Below are positions 24,571-38,050 of a stretch of 64,000 nt of DNA, piece after piece. The notes beneath the pieces were generated by a model, which was not told the DNA's origin, ran no database searches, and was given only the letters and a program-made list of their open reading frames with translations. The stretch covers positions 496,001 to 560,000 of the forward strand of contig JAYWIR010000049.1 in assembly GCA_036172245.1 (NCBI GenBank). The letters run 5' to 3'. Both the position numbers and the translations under genes were made by a program. The number at the start of each line of letters is the position of its first letter. Positions within the stretch are counted from its first letter, which is position 1. The DNA is from Raillietiella orientalis (lineage: Eukaryota).

Positions 24571-27341
24571 GTTAATTAAGGCAGATGACAGATTAATTTA
24601 GGCAGAGGATGACGGTGGCGAGGAAGGGGCTTCACACCAGTAGCTTTGTCAACTTACATAACCGTTTTTGTTTCGAGACCATCATCTAATTCATATGAGA
24701 GACTCTTATCGAGCAGTTGTGACAAAAAAATCAATTGGAGAATTCAATCCTTAGGTTGTTTGCCTCTTAGTCAAGCTGATCATGCCGAAATGTTCTTATT
24801 TTGGTTTCTTTGCAATTCGATTTTAATTCATATACATTTACGTCTGTGGAGGAAGGGACATTTACAAGTACAAAAAAAGTAATGTAAATTTTATGGCAAC
24901 TGCAGTAATAGTTTTTTCTCCTCGCATGCTCGAGGCAATGGCCTGGAATCAGCTCAGTCTTGAGACTGCGTAGAACACCCCGATGTTGTGGTGTAGGTAA
25001 AGGATCGGCTGCGAGAAAACTCCATGTAGCTTTGGATCCATCAGATGGAAAAAAGGCTTGCGAGCGTGGGAACTTGTAATCAAGGGTCCACGACATGAGC
25101 CACTGTTGAAGGAGGCATGCAAGAAACTTTCATGCAGTTTTCTGTGTCCACCGTGCACCACCGGCGCATTCGTTTCTTTACTTATTTCTGATGTTATGCA
25201 TGCCGAGTCACTTGAGCGTTCAAGACAAGTGTTTGCCATTAGTTAATCATGAAATTCGCATCTGCGCCCAGGCCCAACACGTAGGTACAACCCCGATAAT
25301 GACAAAGATCACACTGAACATGGAGGTTCCGAAATCTGACGGTTTGCTGTGAAATCGAGTGGATGAAGCTGTTACATTAGGTGCAACTACCAATACTTGA
25401 ATTATGCTGAGTCATCTTCCACTTTCAGCATACGTAAGTGTGCACTTAAATCCTACACCAGTCAACAGGTAAAAAGAAGAAAAACAAAAAAAAAACAGAA
25501 TTATCATGCAAATTGGAATTTTTTTTGCCAGGTTGCTCGTTCATTTCTAGTTCTGGCGATATCTGATGGGCTTTGGTAAGCAGCAACAGTTGAGCATGTG
25601 GACAATCCCTTAATGTTTGGTACTTGGCTGGATGCTGCAGATGAAACATCTAACAAAGTCAGCTCTTTGTCATTACTCAACAAGGCTCCTCTTGGTGATA
25701 GGCAGACAACCTACCATTTGAAAATACTCAGTTTTGGCAATTCTGGTCAAGTAGGGAGCTATGCAACTGAGCTCCAGTCTCATAAAGATGAGCTCTCTTA
25801 CGAAATGCACAAATTAAGAGTGCAGTTGTTCAAGTATGAATTCACTCTCATCAGAAGGTTGAAGAACAGCTGCATGGCAAGTATTATAGGACCTTTTAGT
25901 GTTGGCATTCTAGGAACTGTAAATCTCTTGGAATGGTTTCATGCAGATAGGATTTCTTGCATGTCCTAGCATGCCACCCAATTCTGCCAAACCCCAAGAA
26001 AACAGGGAACTTGTGGAAATCATGTGCTCTCTCTCACACATTAGGTCTGGGCTTCTCACCAACATTATCTTATTGGATTGATGGTGTTTTTTGAAGCACT
26101 TGGCAGCACACAGCTTCCAGCACTCCATCCATTGGAATATCTGTTACATCCACTCTCAATGTCAGTATCAGGTGGTTGCATTAATTAAGCTTTGTGGTGG
26201 TAATAAAATCATTGTAGCTTAGAATGCAACATAAAGTAAAAAAAAGCTGGTGGCAAGAGTTTTCAAAAACAAGCAGGGAACCAGTAGGGCTTGTGTAATT
26301 ATTAACAGAGAACCCATGGCATTAATTATTCTGAAGGCAGAACTTCACAAATGAGTTGAAAATTCTGGCACAAGGTGACCACCGGGTTCTCATGCAGACC
26401 ACTCTGTTTTCATGAACATGTTTGCCGATATCCCCACCCACATGATATTCTGTTTTTACCCTCGAGCCGACGGTGTACGTGAATTCTGCACCAAAGTAAT
26501 TCATTCACATATCAAGTAGGGCAAGCAATGCACTCGCAGATTGAACATTAGGAAATAAAATAATTTGTATTAAGACAGGCACAACGCACGTCACGTCAAA
26601 GACATCGCCCAATTTTACGAAGGCACATCACACCATACTACAAAACCCAGCACTTCCAACCAAACGGAATGGCCACCCAAGAAATCCCAATCGATTCGGA
26701 GTGAAAACATCAGTTTTAGCCCAACACGTTAACAATAAGGTACGGTTGCCAAATGTTGAAAATGAAAAAAATAAAATCAGTGAAACAATTTTTACTTAGC
26801 CAAACTTTTATGTAATATTACTAAAATGCACTCAATTGAACTATCATAAAGGACAAAACATGGTCGCTTCATCATAAATGCCATTAAAAAAAAAAAATTT
26901 CTTCTTAGGTGATGTATTGTTTGCATCATTACATTAACACGTAATTTTTGTGAGTGTGTGCGTAGCGCAACTCTATATAATGAACCTCCCTTCGATACCC
27001 TAAACATATTTTGCAAATATTTCAGCATGCTGAGTATGTCTACCCGGGAAGCATGCCATCTTTCTTCTGGAAGATTATTTCAACATCTCTCTGTTCCGCA
27101 AATGGCTTAAACCAATGCTGCTTTGCAAAACAGACTTCTGCTCATCAACTCGTCTTAACTCTCCTTTCTCCCATAGTTCCCACTTCTCCACATAGTTCCT
27201 TTCTCCACATAATTCCCACCAAAATAAAGGTTCCCTTCTTTCTCTCCAGTTCATTCACAGTGATTTCCTTGGAATCTTTGGAGCAACTTTTGGTATTTCC
27301 TTCGAGTGAATCATCATATTTCCACATCCCATCCTATAAGT

Positions 27342-27378
27342 TAATTAGTGGATTATCCTTCAGATAATCCACTAATTA
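27342..27378. repeat. Perfect inverted repeat, 16-bp arms, 5-nt loop
   Basis: taattagtggattatc-cttca-gataatccactaatta. Confidence 0.9.
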
Positions 27379-28899
27379 CCTCTTATCGAATTTCGGATCA
27401 AGTTTGTGCATCGGCTTTATATAATTTAAGACTTTTTTCGACCGAAGTTTTGATATTTGTACAAACCATTCTTATAAATTCGATACGCCAAGGACGCAGC
27501 ACTTTCAAAATCTTTTCGAGTCCTTGATGCAGCCATGTTTATCAAAAGAGGAAGTTACAATCTAAAATACTGAGTCTTTTGTTAAGGATTATGAGGAAAT
27601 AGTAAGAAAACAGAAAAGCAAGTTTATAAGAGATGAGTCACAGTCCAAAGTGTATCTCTGTTTAGAATAAGAATATTTTTTTTTACCTTTCTCCGCTTTC
27701 CTGTTACTTCTAGCTTCCTATCATTTTTTATTTAGCTCATGCAGCTTCCCTCTTGCGAAGATGAGTGGACTTTCAAAACTGATTCTTTAGACTCGAACAG
27801 AAATAAATAGGAACACTTTTGTTTAGAGATTTCATTCCACTACTTGCAGTACTGCTGATAAAACACTGATGTCATCCTCTATAGACTACTAAGAACAGTC
27901 CCAAGGTAGATGTCTACTGATGATAATCACATTTATTTGTTCAGTAAAATGAGCTCTGCGATAGCACTCGGCGATTCCATGTTTTCTGGACTGCAAATAA
28001 GCCTCCGGTGCATTTGCTTCGGAGAAGAATTCTCAGCTCGTCCACGGCTCTGCTTCGAGTCTGCTCGGCCAAGAGTGTGAAGATCAGAAAAAGTACGATC
28101 AGCAGATGATCTCACGAACCCCAATTGACCGCGGGCTTATCCTTTTAGCAATGCGCCAACGCTGAACTGCTGTTTTGAACTCAAGGCCCTCCTTAACGAG
28201 ACGGGAATTCTGGTCTCCGTTTACTTGCAGTTCCAGGCATTGCATCTTCCTCTTGCTAATCAAAATGAGCCTGCACTCTCTCCCAACGACAACCGGTTCA
28301 CAAAGCGAGCTGTCCCAAAGCGAGCAGCGCCTTGAGACACTTGAGTTGCACTCCGATCTTTCGGTCTGCATCCGCAAACAACAAAAGTGGTGCCGCGCTT
28401 TTCATCCTTGAAAGTTTGTTTGCTGTGCATCCGAATGCTGAGCGTCAGCACGCGTGTGACCACTTCAGTGGGGACGAAATGCCTGCTGTTGACTTTCTGC
28501 TCGCGGGCGAAAACCTCATCGCTGCCTGCAAGCAGGTCGTCAGTTGTTGTCCTTGGCTTCCGCTGTTCGGGTTCGGCGCTAGTGTACCTGGCCGATCAGC
28601 GCCGTCCTTTGCGCGGGAAAAACAGTAGGTGCCAGTCTGTCAAGTTCGTTCCGAAGTTGTTGTTTTTTTTTTGGTAGGAAAAATGCGAAAGATGTGAGTT
28701 GATGGAGTTGATGGTGCGTCATTTCGCTTGCGACGAGAGATCGGAAGAAACCTGGATGTTCGTATGAAGTGACAAGCTTCCTGGACGCGAACCTGGACTA
28801 TAAAAGCGCACCCGCGTTAGCAGCCGTGTGGCTGAGGTCTACGCAGGTGGCTTCCCCACGTGGAGTATCGACGCCGAGTAATGGGTACTTCGTGAGTTC

Positions 28900-29230
28900 C
28901 CCACGAAGCTTAGGACGAACGGACTCCGTCCTCCGGAGTCTTCCTAGATTCATAGGGTGATCCCCTCCTGGGGCTCCTCCTATCTTGAATAGTTAACACA
29001 CACCTTCGGGTAAAAAGTGTTAAAGAGCTTCATGACCCTCTAAGCGAACGTTTCCTGAGTACTTAGCGAACCAAAAAAAAGAAAACCCGAAAGAAAGAAA
29101 ATAGCTATATGGAAAACAGAGAAACAGAAGAGAACTCAAAGGGATTTCCATCATCCTAGGCCGATAAAAAAATGACAAGAAAAAAATAAAAGCGCGAGCA
29201 GATCTCAGTTGGAGAGGAGCAGACACTCAG
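28900..29230 (+). mobile_element. LINE ORF1 3' fragment
   Basis: Homologous to 30880-31120 and to 18500-18350(-). Confidence 0.55.
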
Positions 29231-30379
29231 TCTCTCCCGGAGTCGCACCCTGGAAACGGAATTCTGAAATGCAGGCAGAATGAAAGCTTTTTTGAAGACA
29301 GTGCATCTGTCTTTAGGAGCTGGACACTTGACGCAGGCATCATATCATTAAGTAGTTCTTTAATAGTACTAATCAAGGAAGAAAAAAAAACTGTGAGCTA
29401 AGTAAGACTTAAGGTTAAACACAAAAGTCTTTGACGGACTTTTTTTTTTTTTTGGAAAGGCGGGAAAGTTTTTGTTATTGTTTCCCTGCTCGAGTTTTTT
29501 TACTACTGAAGACAGAGAATAATCGGAATTTCCGATTTGTCATGCTGGCTGCCCATTTTTGTACGTGTATGTGTGCGTGTGTGTCTCCCTCCAGTGGTAA
29601 GAGGAAAGTGGGGGATCTTTCCGAGAAGGAGGGATTCGACTTGCGCCTGGTGTGAGAGCGACAAGGCCCCATCGTCCTGGTGACGGTGCAAACCAGAAGA
29701 AAAATGACAGCGGCATCCTGGCTTTCGCTTTTTATCTTTCGTGCTGGAGTGCTTCGTTCGTTTCTGCAGCAGAGCAGCGGCAGCAAGCAGATCGAGGAAG
29801 CTGCGTGGGCGCGGCAAGACACCGGCCAAGAAAACGCGTGAGACGCCCTGCGCGAAGCACAGAGAATCGTGTAATTGTTCGGGATAACTTAAAGAAGTGT
29901 CAGTGAGGGGTTTTCCAACATTTCCTCGAAGCCCCTGGCTTGCCCGCTGTGGACGAAGGGCTGAAGCGCCGTAGATATCTTGAGGGTAAAGTGGAGAAGT
30001 GAGGGCACTGTATGACGGGTTTGAACCCACAACCGCACTCTCGCCGCCACGAGTTTTCTCCAGCGTTTTGATTCGAGACTGTGCGGGACCAGAAATGCGT
30101 TTTCTCCCAGTGCGCCTGCTGCATAAACCTGGTCGTTCCGAGGATGCGCCGGACTGAGTGTCTGGTAGACTGCGTTGGCTGCTGTGCAGTACCATCAAAC
30201 ATGGCGTCCTCTGATGGAGCACCACCACAGGGAATGCGGAAGAAGCCATGTCATGCGTCGGATCACATGGCGGCTCGAGCCACTTCACGTGGGATACACG
30301 CAGATTCATCCATGCTTCCCGGTTCAGCATCCTTCCCATCAGCAGGATTCCGTGTCGCAAATAAGACGGCAGTTGCAGA

Positions 30380-31400
30380 CCCCGCATTGGTGATTTCCAC
30401 GCATGGCATCATGCGTCGAGGGTTTTGAATCCTCCTCTGCAGGATGACTCCAGTCGGCTTACTGGCTCCGAATGCGGCACTGGCGGCGCGCTTCCCGCTG
30501 ACCGGCTGGGATCGCTAGTTGACCCTCTGGGATCTTTCCAAGAACCAAATAGCTGGTTCCCTTAGGTTGTGAAAATGGAACCGTCTCCCCCCTCGGAAAG
30601 GGACCATGAAGCTGGTTGAAACCCCCTTCAGTGGGTCGTCTCTCCAGAGTGCCAGAAGCGCTCTGCTCCCTACGACGGGAGTCCTTCAGAGAAATTGGGA
30701 TGCATCCCTCCGATGTCCTCTTCAGAGAAAGAAACAAAGAAGGAGCGGTTCCCTGCGGAGGAGAAATTCCAGGAGCGGATTCTTTCCTGGTTCCCTTTGG
30801 AGACAACCGGGGCGAGGATTTCCTCCGGGGTTCCCTGCCAAGCGCAAGAGGAACGACGGGAACAGTCTGCCTCCTCCAGAGGTTTCCTGGATTTAAAGAC
30901 CACCCTATGATTATGACCACCCTCCTAACTTGAAGGGTCAACACGCACCCTCGGGCAGGTGGTGTCGGCGGTGCCAAAGAGCTTCGTCAGCCCCCTCCTA
31001 AGAAGGCGAACAGTTCTTCAACACTTCTTGAAAACCGGGAAAAAAAAGAAAGAAAACCCGAAAAAAGAAACGCTGGAGAGAAAGCAGCGAAGAATCTAAA
31101 GGGATTTCCATCTGCCCCTCGTCCAATCCGGGACGAGGCGCTGCTCTTTTGTCGCTCTCTCCAGTACATTCGGCGGCGGCGCGAAGCGCTGTTCCTTTTC
31201 CGATTGAGGGCGTCAGTCGAAGGGAGCTGCAGAGTGGCTGCCTGAAGTGAGCCCATTCTTCGCCCGGAACCGGTGCTGGACAAGGGGGAAAGAATGATCG
31301 TCTCGGACGTTGTCTGCCCTTCCAGAGAACTGCCGACTCATTCAGAGGTGCTCGAGAAGGGAAAGAGCTCGCATACGACGACGTCGGCGTCTTCCTGTCA
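30380..31400 (+). mobile_element. LINE ORF1 region with repeat module and K-rich segment
   Basis: Shares the ORF1 block and ~42-nt repeats with 19440-20040(-) and 60520-61230(+). Confidence 0.6.
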
Positions 31401-32571
31401 ACGAAGAGTGTCAAGTGGACCTTCCGAGTCCTGGTAGGGTCTTATACTGCGGTCATACCTCGAAAAAAGGAGAAAACCTATAAATGAATCCTGACACCCC
31501 ATGTGAATGCAAGAGGGACCCATAGGTCGGGATATCTTCCCGATGAAGGAAGCTTCCAGAACATCGAATCCCAAGAACAGGCGCCAACCGGTACGCATGT
31601 GGGCGTGAGACCTTCGGAAATGATGGCATGACGTCATAGGGAAGGAACGAGAAGATGCGCGGCAATTGAAGATGGTGAGGCATACCAAAGTGTCGGCTCC
31701 CGTCTTCCGCCTTTTCTGAATTTCTTGTGCCATTCGGTCACCCTTTCTCCGTGCCTTTCGAGACGGCGTGCTCCGTCGATTCCTCTGCCAAAAACAGCAG
31801 AAATATCGCCGTCTAGAGATACTCCCTCTAGGCGAGATACCCAATATGAAGGGACGCATCCATTCGATGGACAAGTCCTCCTGAAGATGGATATCCAAGA
31901 AGAACTGGCAGCAACTGTTGCAGATGTAGATGCAGCACTTTTGGAGATGATTCACCGACTCATGAGAGCGATGCAGGAGAATGGCGGAAATAGTGCAGAT
32001 GCAACACCTTTGTTCGAAGGGTCTTCTGATGCACAGAGGATTCACCTGCCTCGTCTTCTCGATGGAACTTTCACCCTTTAGTCGAAGGAAGCTTCCAGAA
32101 CATCGGCGGTCCTGTGGAACTGGCATTAGCTAATGCGGATGTAGAGGAAGGATTCATGGAAAGGATACCATGACCTCTTACGAGTGGGACAAGGACGTTA
32201 TGAAGGTGATCTTCACCGTCTTTATCTTCCTGTAAAGACTCCGCCTTTTATATCCTGTGAGAATCTCCTTTTACTTAATTAGCAGAGTTTGGTTACATAC
32301 GATCGAAGAGTTTCCAGCTCTTGCGGAATGTGGTCCGTCTGCTGAGGTGCTGAATGCCAGGATCCCAAAGAGCGGAGATGATCACGCGAAGCGGCGCTTG
32401 GATCCTTCCTGGGAGCAAAAGGACGCTTACAATGGTTTTCCGCTTTTCTTTCGCGCGCTTTCAGTATGCTTTAAAGCAGACAGCACGCGCCTTACAGACA
32501 GTCTCCGTCCATCTGAAAGCTCCGTGCCGTGGTTCCTAAGGGTCACGTGTGTGAGCCGCATTATGACTTTT

Positions 32572-34300
32572 CACCCGGTTCCCGAAACAAAAACTGGAGA
32601 CAAAAAATTTTGGCAGGAGGGTTCACCGACGAGCAGTCGTTTTCTGGGTCAGTCCGAAGAGGAAGGGAAGGAGACAATAAATGAATAAATAGAGGGAGGG
32701 TTGAGCACAGGGGCCTTTGGTGGAAGTCAATTCTCTCTGCCCAGCAACGGCATAGAATGCTGGGAATCCCCGACTTGACTTCTTCCTGCAGACGAGGTTA
32801 CCCTCCAGACGCCCTCATGCGTGTGGGATTCCCTTCTCTGAGCCCGTGACCCCAAAGCATGGCTGGCTGTGGCGATGGCGCAGACGCAACATCTCGTCGC
32901 GATCCCAGTGCTCCTGCCACCACTCCACCTTTCGCGAGGAATCGCCACAGCAAGCCGTCAGCAGTGTCCCCAGGATGCTGAAGCGCTGAAGACAGCCTCT
33001 GACGAACTTCCTGGAGGGCACCGCAAGACAGCAGTTGAGGGAACGATCCGTCTCGCACCTGGAACAGTCCTCGACCGCGACTCCGCCGGAAAGGTGGTGT
33101 AGGCGCTCCTTGTGCACTGGGATCCCCAGTGCACGGAGAGTGCCACTTCATGTTCCCATTCGAGGGAAAGAACCGATGCGTCCACGCAAAAGGCGGCGTC
33201 CACCTGCCCGATCGTCCTACAGCTGTCTTGGAGTTTGGTCACTTTCCACAATGACCGCAGGAGGGCTCCTGCTTGTCTGTTGGCCGCCTCCCTTGCTTGC
33301 CCTTGTGGGTAGACAGCTCTGCAGCGGCACAGGGTGCGGGACGACCAGTCCGGACCACTACCTGGGGTCCTGTTCCTGCAGACCAACGAGATGCGCATTC
33401 TTCGTGCTCCACGCTCTCCCACTGCCGAAGGTCGAAAGTCCCGGGACGCACGAAACGTCGCGGAGATGGCGCTGCGACGCTTCGTGTGCTCTGCGAAAGG
33501 GAAGGACTTTCGGCTGTCGAGTCGATGACCCAGACGAGCAGCGCTCCAGAGGGTCGTTGACTCGGAAAGCGCGTCCCACTTCTTTCGATGTTTGATGTTG
33601 TCTTTTGTGTGGTTGTATGGTTCGTCGGAACGGGCAAGAGGCTGTCCTACGCCTTGGGCTGGAGACTCGCCGTCCACGCCCCTCTTCACAGGGTGGGAAG
33701 CTGGAGAGCTTCAACGACAAGTACGAGGAAGTCTCCTCCACATCGCTCCCCGAGCCTTGCCTTCGAGGCAGCAGCGGCCGACAAGTGATGTCCGGGGAAT
33801 GCGAAAACGAAGGTGTACATATCCCAGGGCTATAGCTTTACACCCTGCTATAAGGGATGCGTTTCCAAAATAAAGGAGAGGCGAGCTGAAGGCGGTTCGC
33901 GTCTGCAGTTCCGGGCAGAAACGACGGACGGGAGGCCATGTGCAAAAGTGCAGAGCTGACTCGACGTCTTATTCGCACGCCTTCCGGCATAGGGAGGAGA
34001 GGGATGGAAGAGACGAAGGGGTCTTCCTCACTGCGGAGGATGGGTCTTTCGTCTCCCACTTGGAGAACGTTCCGAGCGCGATGTTGTTGCCGCGTTGGCG
34101 GATGGCGCCAATGCATACTGGCAAAAGGAGGAAGCCCGACGAAGAGCTTTGCTTCCGCCGTAAAGACGGAAATCTCGCACGAACTGGAGGTCGGCAGAAG
34201 ATGCCCGTAGGCGCGCGGCGGGTGCGACGAGACCCCCGAAGGAGCGGCCCGAAGATCTAGCGCGCCGCGGCTGCAAGCAGCTTGGGCGCATCAGGCGCGT
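32572..34300 (-). mobile_element. Internally deleted LINE copy (ORF1 piece, APE start, C-terminus, tail)
   Basis: VGLPPFCQ-like ORF1 peptide, VPGLSTF...NAHLVGLQEQ (APE), EDCSRCE, terminus CCGGGTGAAAA at ~32572. Confidence 0.6.
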
Positions 34301-34619
34301 ATGCCCCGCCTCCCTTGCTCACTCCCTTGCTCAGCCTCTCTTGCAGTGGAAAACGACCTCGGAGACCGTCACAGAGGCATCAGAGCGTATGCCGGGAAGA
34401 AGTGAGGGGGGGTCTCTGCAATTACCCTTCGGTCTATGGTCGAACATGCCGGAGCCGACGCGGCTTCGGAGTTACGCGAGGCACATGGCTGCGTTGAACG
34501 AGGTCCCGGGAGGAGTGGTCACGATATTATTATTATGTATTCTATTTATTTATTTATTTCCCTTTTCCCTCAGTTGTACGACTTCTTCCCACAAGTCCCC
34601 TGAGCGGTGACTTCCTCTA

Positions 34620-37600
34620 GGACTTGCCTAAGAGGTGGGGTTGCCCTCCTGCTGTGGGCGAACGGCTTTTCTCTTGCATCTCGACTGTTGCGCAGTGGAG
34701 GTCAAGGCTGCTTCCCGAGGAAATGCCCCGGCGCGACTGGGCGAAGACACACGGGCAGCCGCTAAAGGAAGAGCGGGTGACCACTGCGTTGGCGCTGACA
34801 GGAGCTCAAGTAGACGAGCGGGATTTACCAAGAGCTCCAGAAGGAGTTCCTGGGTCAAGCAGTCGAGCGCTTCCTTCGGAAAGTCGACCACGACCCCCTC
34901 CCCTTTACTGTCCTCACCCGCGCGAGCAGCTCCCGCGGGTTCGCGGACTGTCCAGACCAACCCCGGGGCTGCTACAGCTGGAGCCACGTCCGTGCGAAAA
35001 GCAGTGGATTCGCATCCGCACATCGCTGGGGAAGAACGCGGATCTGCTCCGACCTTACTGAGGACTCTGCGCTCCTTCCTGCCGAGTCTCCTGCGGCTAT
35101 ATGTGCCGACGAGGTGCACCTGCCTACCTTCAAGAGCGGGGAGGCCTCCCGCGAGATCTCGGGATAGTCGCAGGAAACGCCTCCGGGGCTGCTGACACAC
35201 CAACACCGACAACCTCTTCGAACGGACTCATCGACGCCGTTGGACCCGGGGCAGTGTGGCTCCGAACTGTGCCAGTTGCGGGGAGCGCGAATCCTTCTCG
35301 CACCTTCCTGTGGATTGTGTCGCCCCCCGCCCCCTGTGGCAGCGTTTTGCTGCGTCTCTGCAGATCTCCGAGGGCAATCCCAGTCGTTGAGAAGTGCCTC
35401 TTCCTGCCGCAACGCCAGCAGCATTGTGCTGCCTACGCGGGATCGTGGCTGCACGGAGCAACGCAAGGAAGGAGACCAGGACGATATGGGCGCCATTCAC
35501 TTTGTGATCCTCTTCTTGAGGATAGCGTCAAGATGACGCCACCTAAGGATCGTGAAACAGCACTTGCTGGCATCCTGCAAAGGATGCAGAGGATTCCCTC
35601 CATCACCCGGTGATTCCTTCCCGAACCCTCCCAATTATTTTTCGTATACATGTTTTTTGTTTTATATTCCTTTTTGTTTGTCCCCCTTCTCTTCCCTCTC
35701 TTCTGCCGCCGAAGGGAACCTCGCTGGCCTGCGTGTTGGTTCTCGGCAGGTTCCTTTTTGTACCTGTTCGTTGCTCCTCTCAGGGAGGCAGCAGCACTGG
35801 GACAAGGGAATCGACGACGCCCAAAGCAGATTCCTGATGTTACCCAGGATCTCTCTCAACGTCTGACGGGTGTACCTGCTGTTCCGTAGGCAGATGCACT
35901 CTGCTTCTCCCGTGCCGTTGATTTAACCCCATGCGGAAGCTGACTCCTGGTACCAGGCAATGCAATTCGCAGGGAGGCAGGAGATCCAGGTGTTGTCACG
36001 CACCAAGGCAACCAGTTCCCTTAGTTGGAGACCACAGTGCCTCAAACTGGTGTGTTTGGCCACGAGAATTGACAAAAGTCCTTCGTAGCCGGTTGAGTCG
36101 TCCATAGTGCCGGTCGGTGCGGCGGGAGCCAGACGGCCGGACTGGATCCGCTTGGGGATACCCAGGGCGGGTACATCAAGTACCTTGGCGTTCCGTTCGG
36201 GAACTTCTGCCTGACAGAAGCCTGGTCAGATCGTCTTCAAAACGTGGAGTTGGCGATTGGCACGGAGTTGGCACGGTATAGAACGCGTTTGCAGCCCCAC
36301 TGCTTTATTTTGTCCCGCTTCTGTGGCCATCCAAAAGAGGACCGAGAACCTCCTCAGAAAAGCCCTGTGAGCACAGGGAGGTCCAGAGTCCGGTTAAATG
36401 ACCTTTGTGCTCCATGTAAGGATGGTGGACTGGAGCGGATGGAGCAGTGGCTTTCATGCCGAAAACTCGCCTTTGCATCCTAGCTGTGGTCCACGCCTCA
36501 TTGCGCTCCGGCACGAATCCTTGTCAAGTGAGCGAGCGACTGAGAGGCATATCGACTTCGGTCGTCGTGGCCAACGAGCAAAGTCTGAGCCATTTTGGCT
36601 CACAACTTCGCCAGATGGCTGCCTTGGTGCTCTCGCTTGGGCAGGCGCGGCAAGTTACCGCTTCCCTCCCTTAGGTAACACCTGGGCAGCAGACTTAAGG
36701 CTACATAGGAGGTTACTGTGGAAATCCCCTAAGGATTGGGTGAATGAACGATGGGTCAGCTCACTGACACTGTGGACTTTTGCGCTGAGGTATGCTACTG
36801 GATATTCTGGAGGAAAAACTACAGTGGTCTCCGGTGCTCATGAACACTCCCACCCACCCTCCCCTTAAAGTGGCAGGAGTCGGCGTTGATACTGCTGCAC
36901 TGGGGCCTCCCGTGCAACGCCCGCTGGCATCTGTGAATACAGAGGGGTGTGGACCCAAACTGCAAGGTGCGGGTAGCAGAAATCCCCCCGCACCTTCTAG
37001 TGGACTGTGTTGCCCTCCAACTTCTTTGGGAATGCTTTCCCGCGACCCTTGGAACCCCACGGCGGCAATACCAGAGACGTTGTAGAGCGTCTCTTCCTGA
37101 GCGACACCCTCACGCCGGCAGACCACATCCCTAGCAGCACTCTGCTGCCCACGAGGCGGGACCGTGGCCGCATGTAGAGACGCCAGAGAAGGCCAGAACG
37201 ACAGGAACGCCATCTATTTTGCTATCTTCTTCATGAGGACAGCATCAAGATGACCCCATCTGGGAACCATAAAACAGGAACTTGCCGGCATCCTTACAAG
37301 GATGCAGAGGAATACTCTCCAGCACACAGTGATCCCATTCCGAACTCTCCCTCCATTTTTTGACTGTATGTTTTCCGTTTTATTTATTTTTCTTGTTGTT
37401 TATCTGCCCTTCCCCTGTGCCGCAGAGGCAAACCCCGCTGGCCCACGTGCCAGATCCCGGCAGGTTCCTTCTTGTAGTTATAAGTAACGTGGCAGGATCA
37501 AAGGTCCTGCCACAGACGTTTACTTTTATAAATAAACGCCCAGGCGTGACTGGGTGTCAACCAGTGCCGCACCCGTTCACTTCGCTCTCCGCTTTTTACG

Positions 37601-38050
37601 GATAGCGGTGAGATGGCCCCACATGGATAATAACAAGATCTTGCCGACTTCCTCCAAAGGATGCAGAGGACCGCCCCAGAAGGCTATGATCCTATCCTGC
37701 ACCCCCATCTCCAGAATTGTTTTATTTTTATTTTGCTTATTTTTCTTTTTGTTTGGTCCCTCTCCTCTGCTGTCGTGGTGGACCTCACCGGTCTGCGAAC
37801 CGGTAACACGGCAGAAAGGGCGTGGTTGGACCACAAAAATGGTAAATGTTTATTTAATCTTTGAATATCCGCCCCGGCTTACCCGGGTGAAAAACCAGTG
37901 CCGTACCCGAATAGGCCAACCAGCGTCATCTTGCGTGGGAGACTCGAAACCCACGATGCATCCATTTCTCTCGGCGTCGATCCTCCACGTGTGGATTCGA
38001 ATCCTCAGCGCTTGGTAGCACGTGCGGAGACTGCAACCACATGGCTACCA
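34620..38050 (+). mobile_element. Cluster of at least four nested LINE copies directly downstream of PLA2G12
   Basis: PNCASCGERESFSHLPVDC (~35262), YIKYLGVPF (RT end, ~36172), PNCKVR..PHLLVDCVAL (~36955), 3'UTRs at 35600-35760, 37320-37556 and 37690-37889, and an antisense ORF1 piece at 38050-37893. Confidence 0.75.

Noticed and set aside
29503..30387. 294-aa minus-strand ORF
   Set aside because: No recognisable motif, low-information composition and no splice support.
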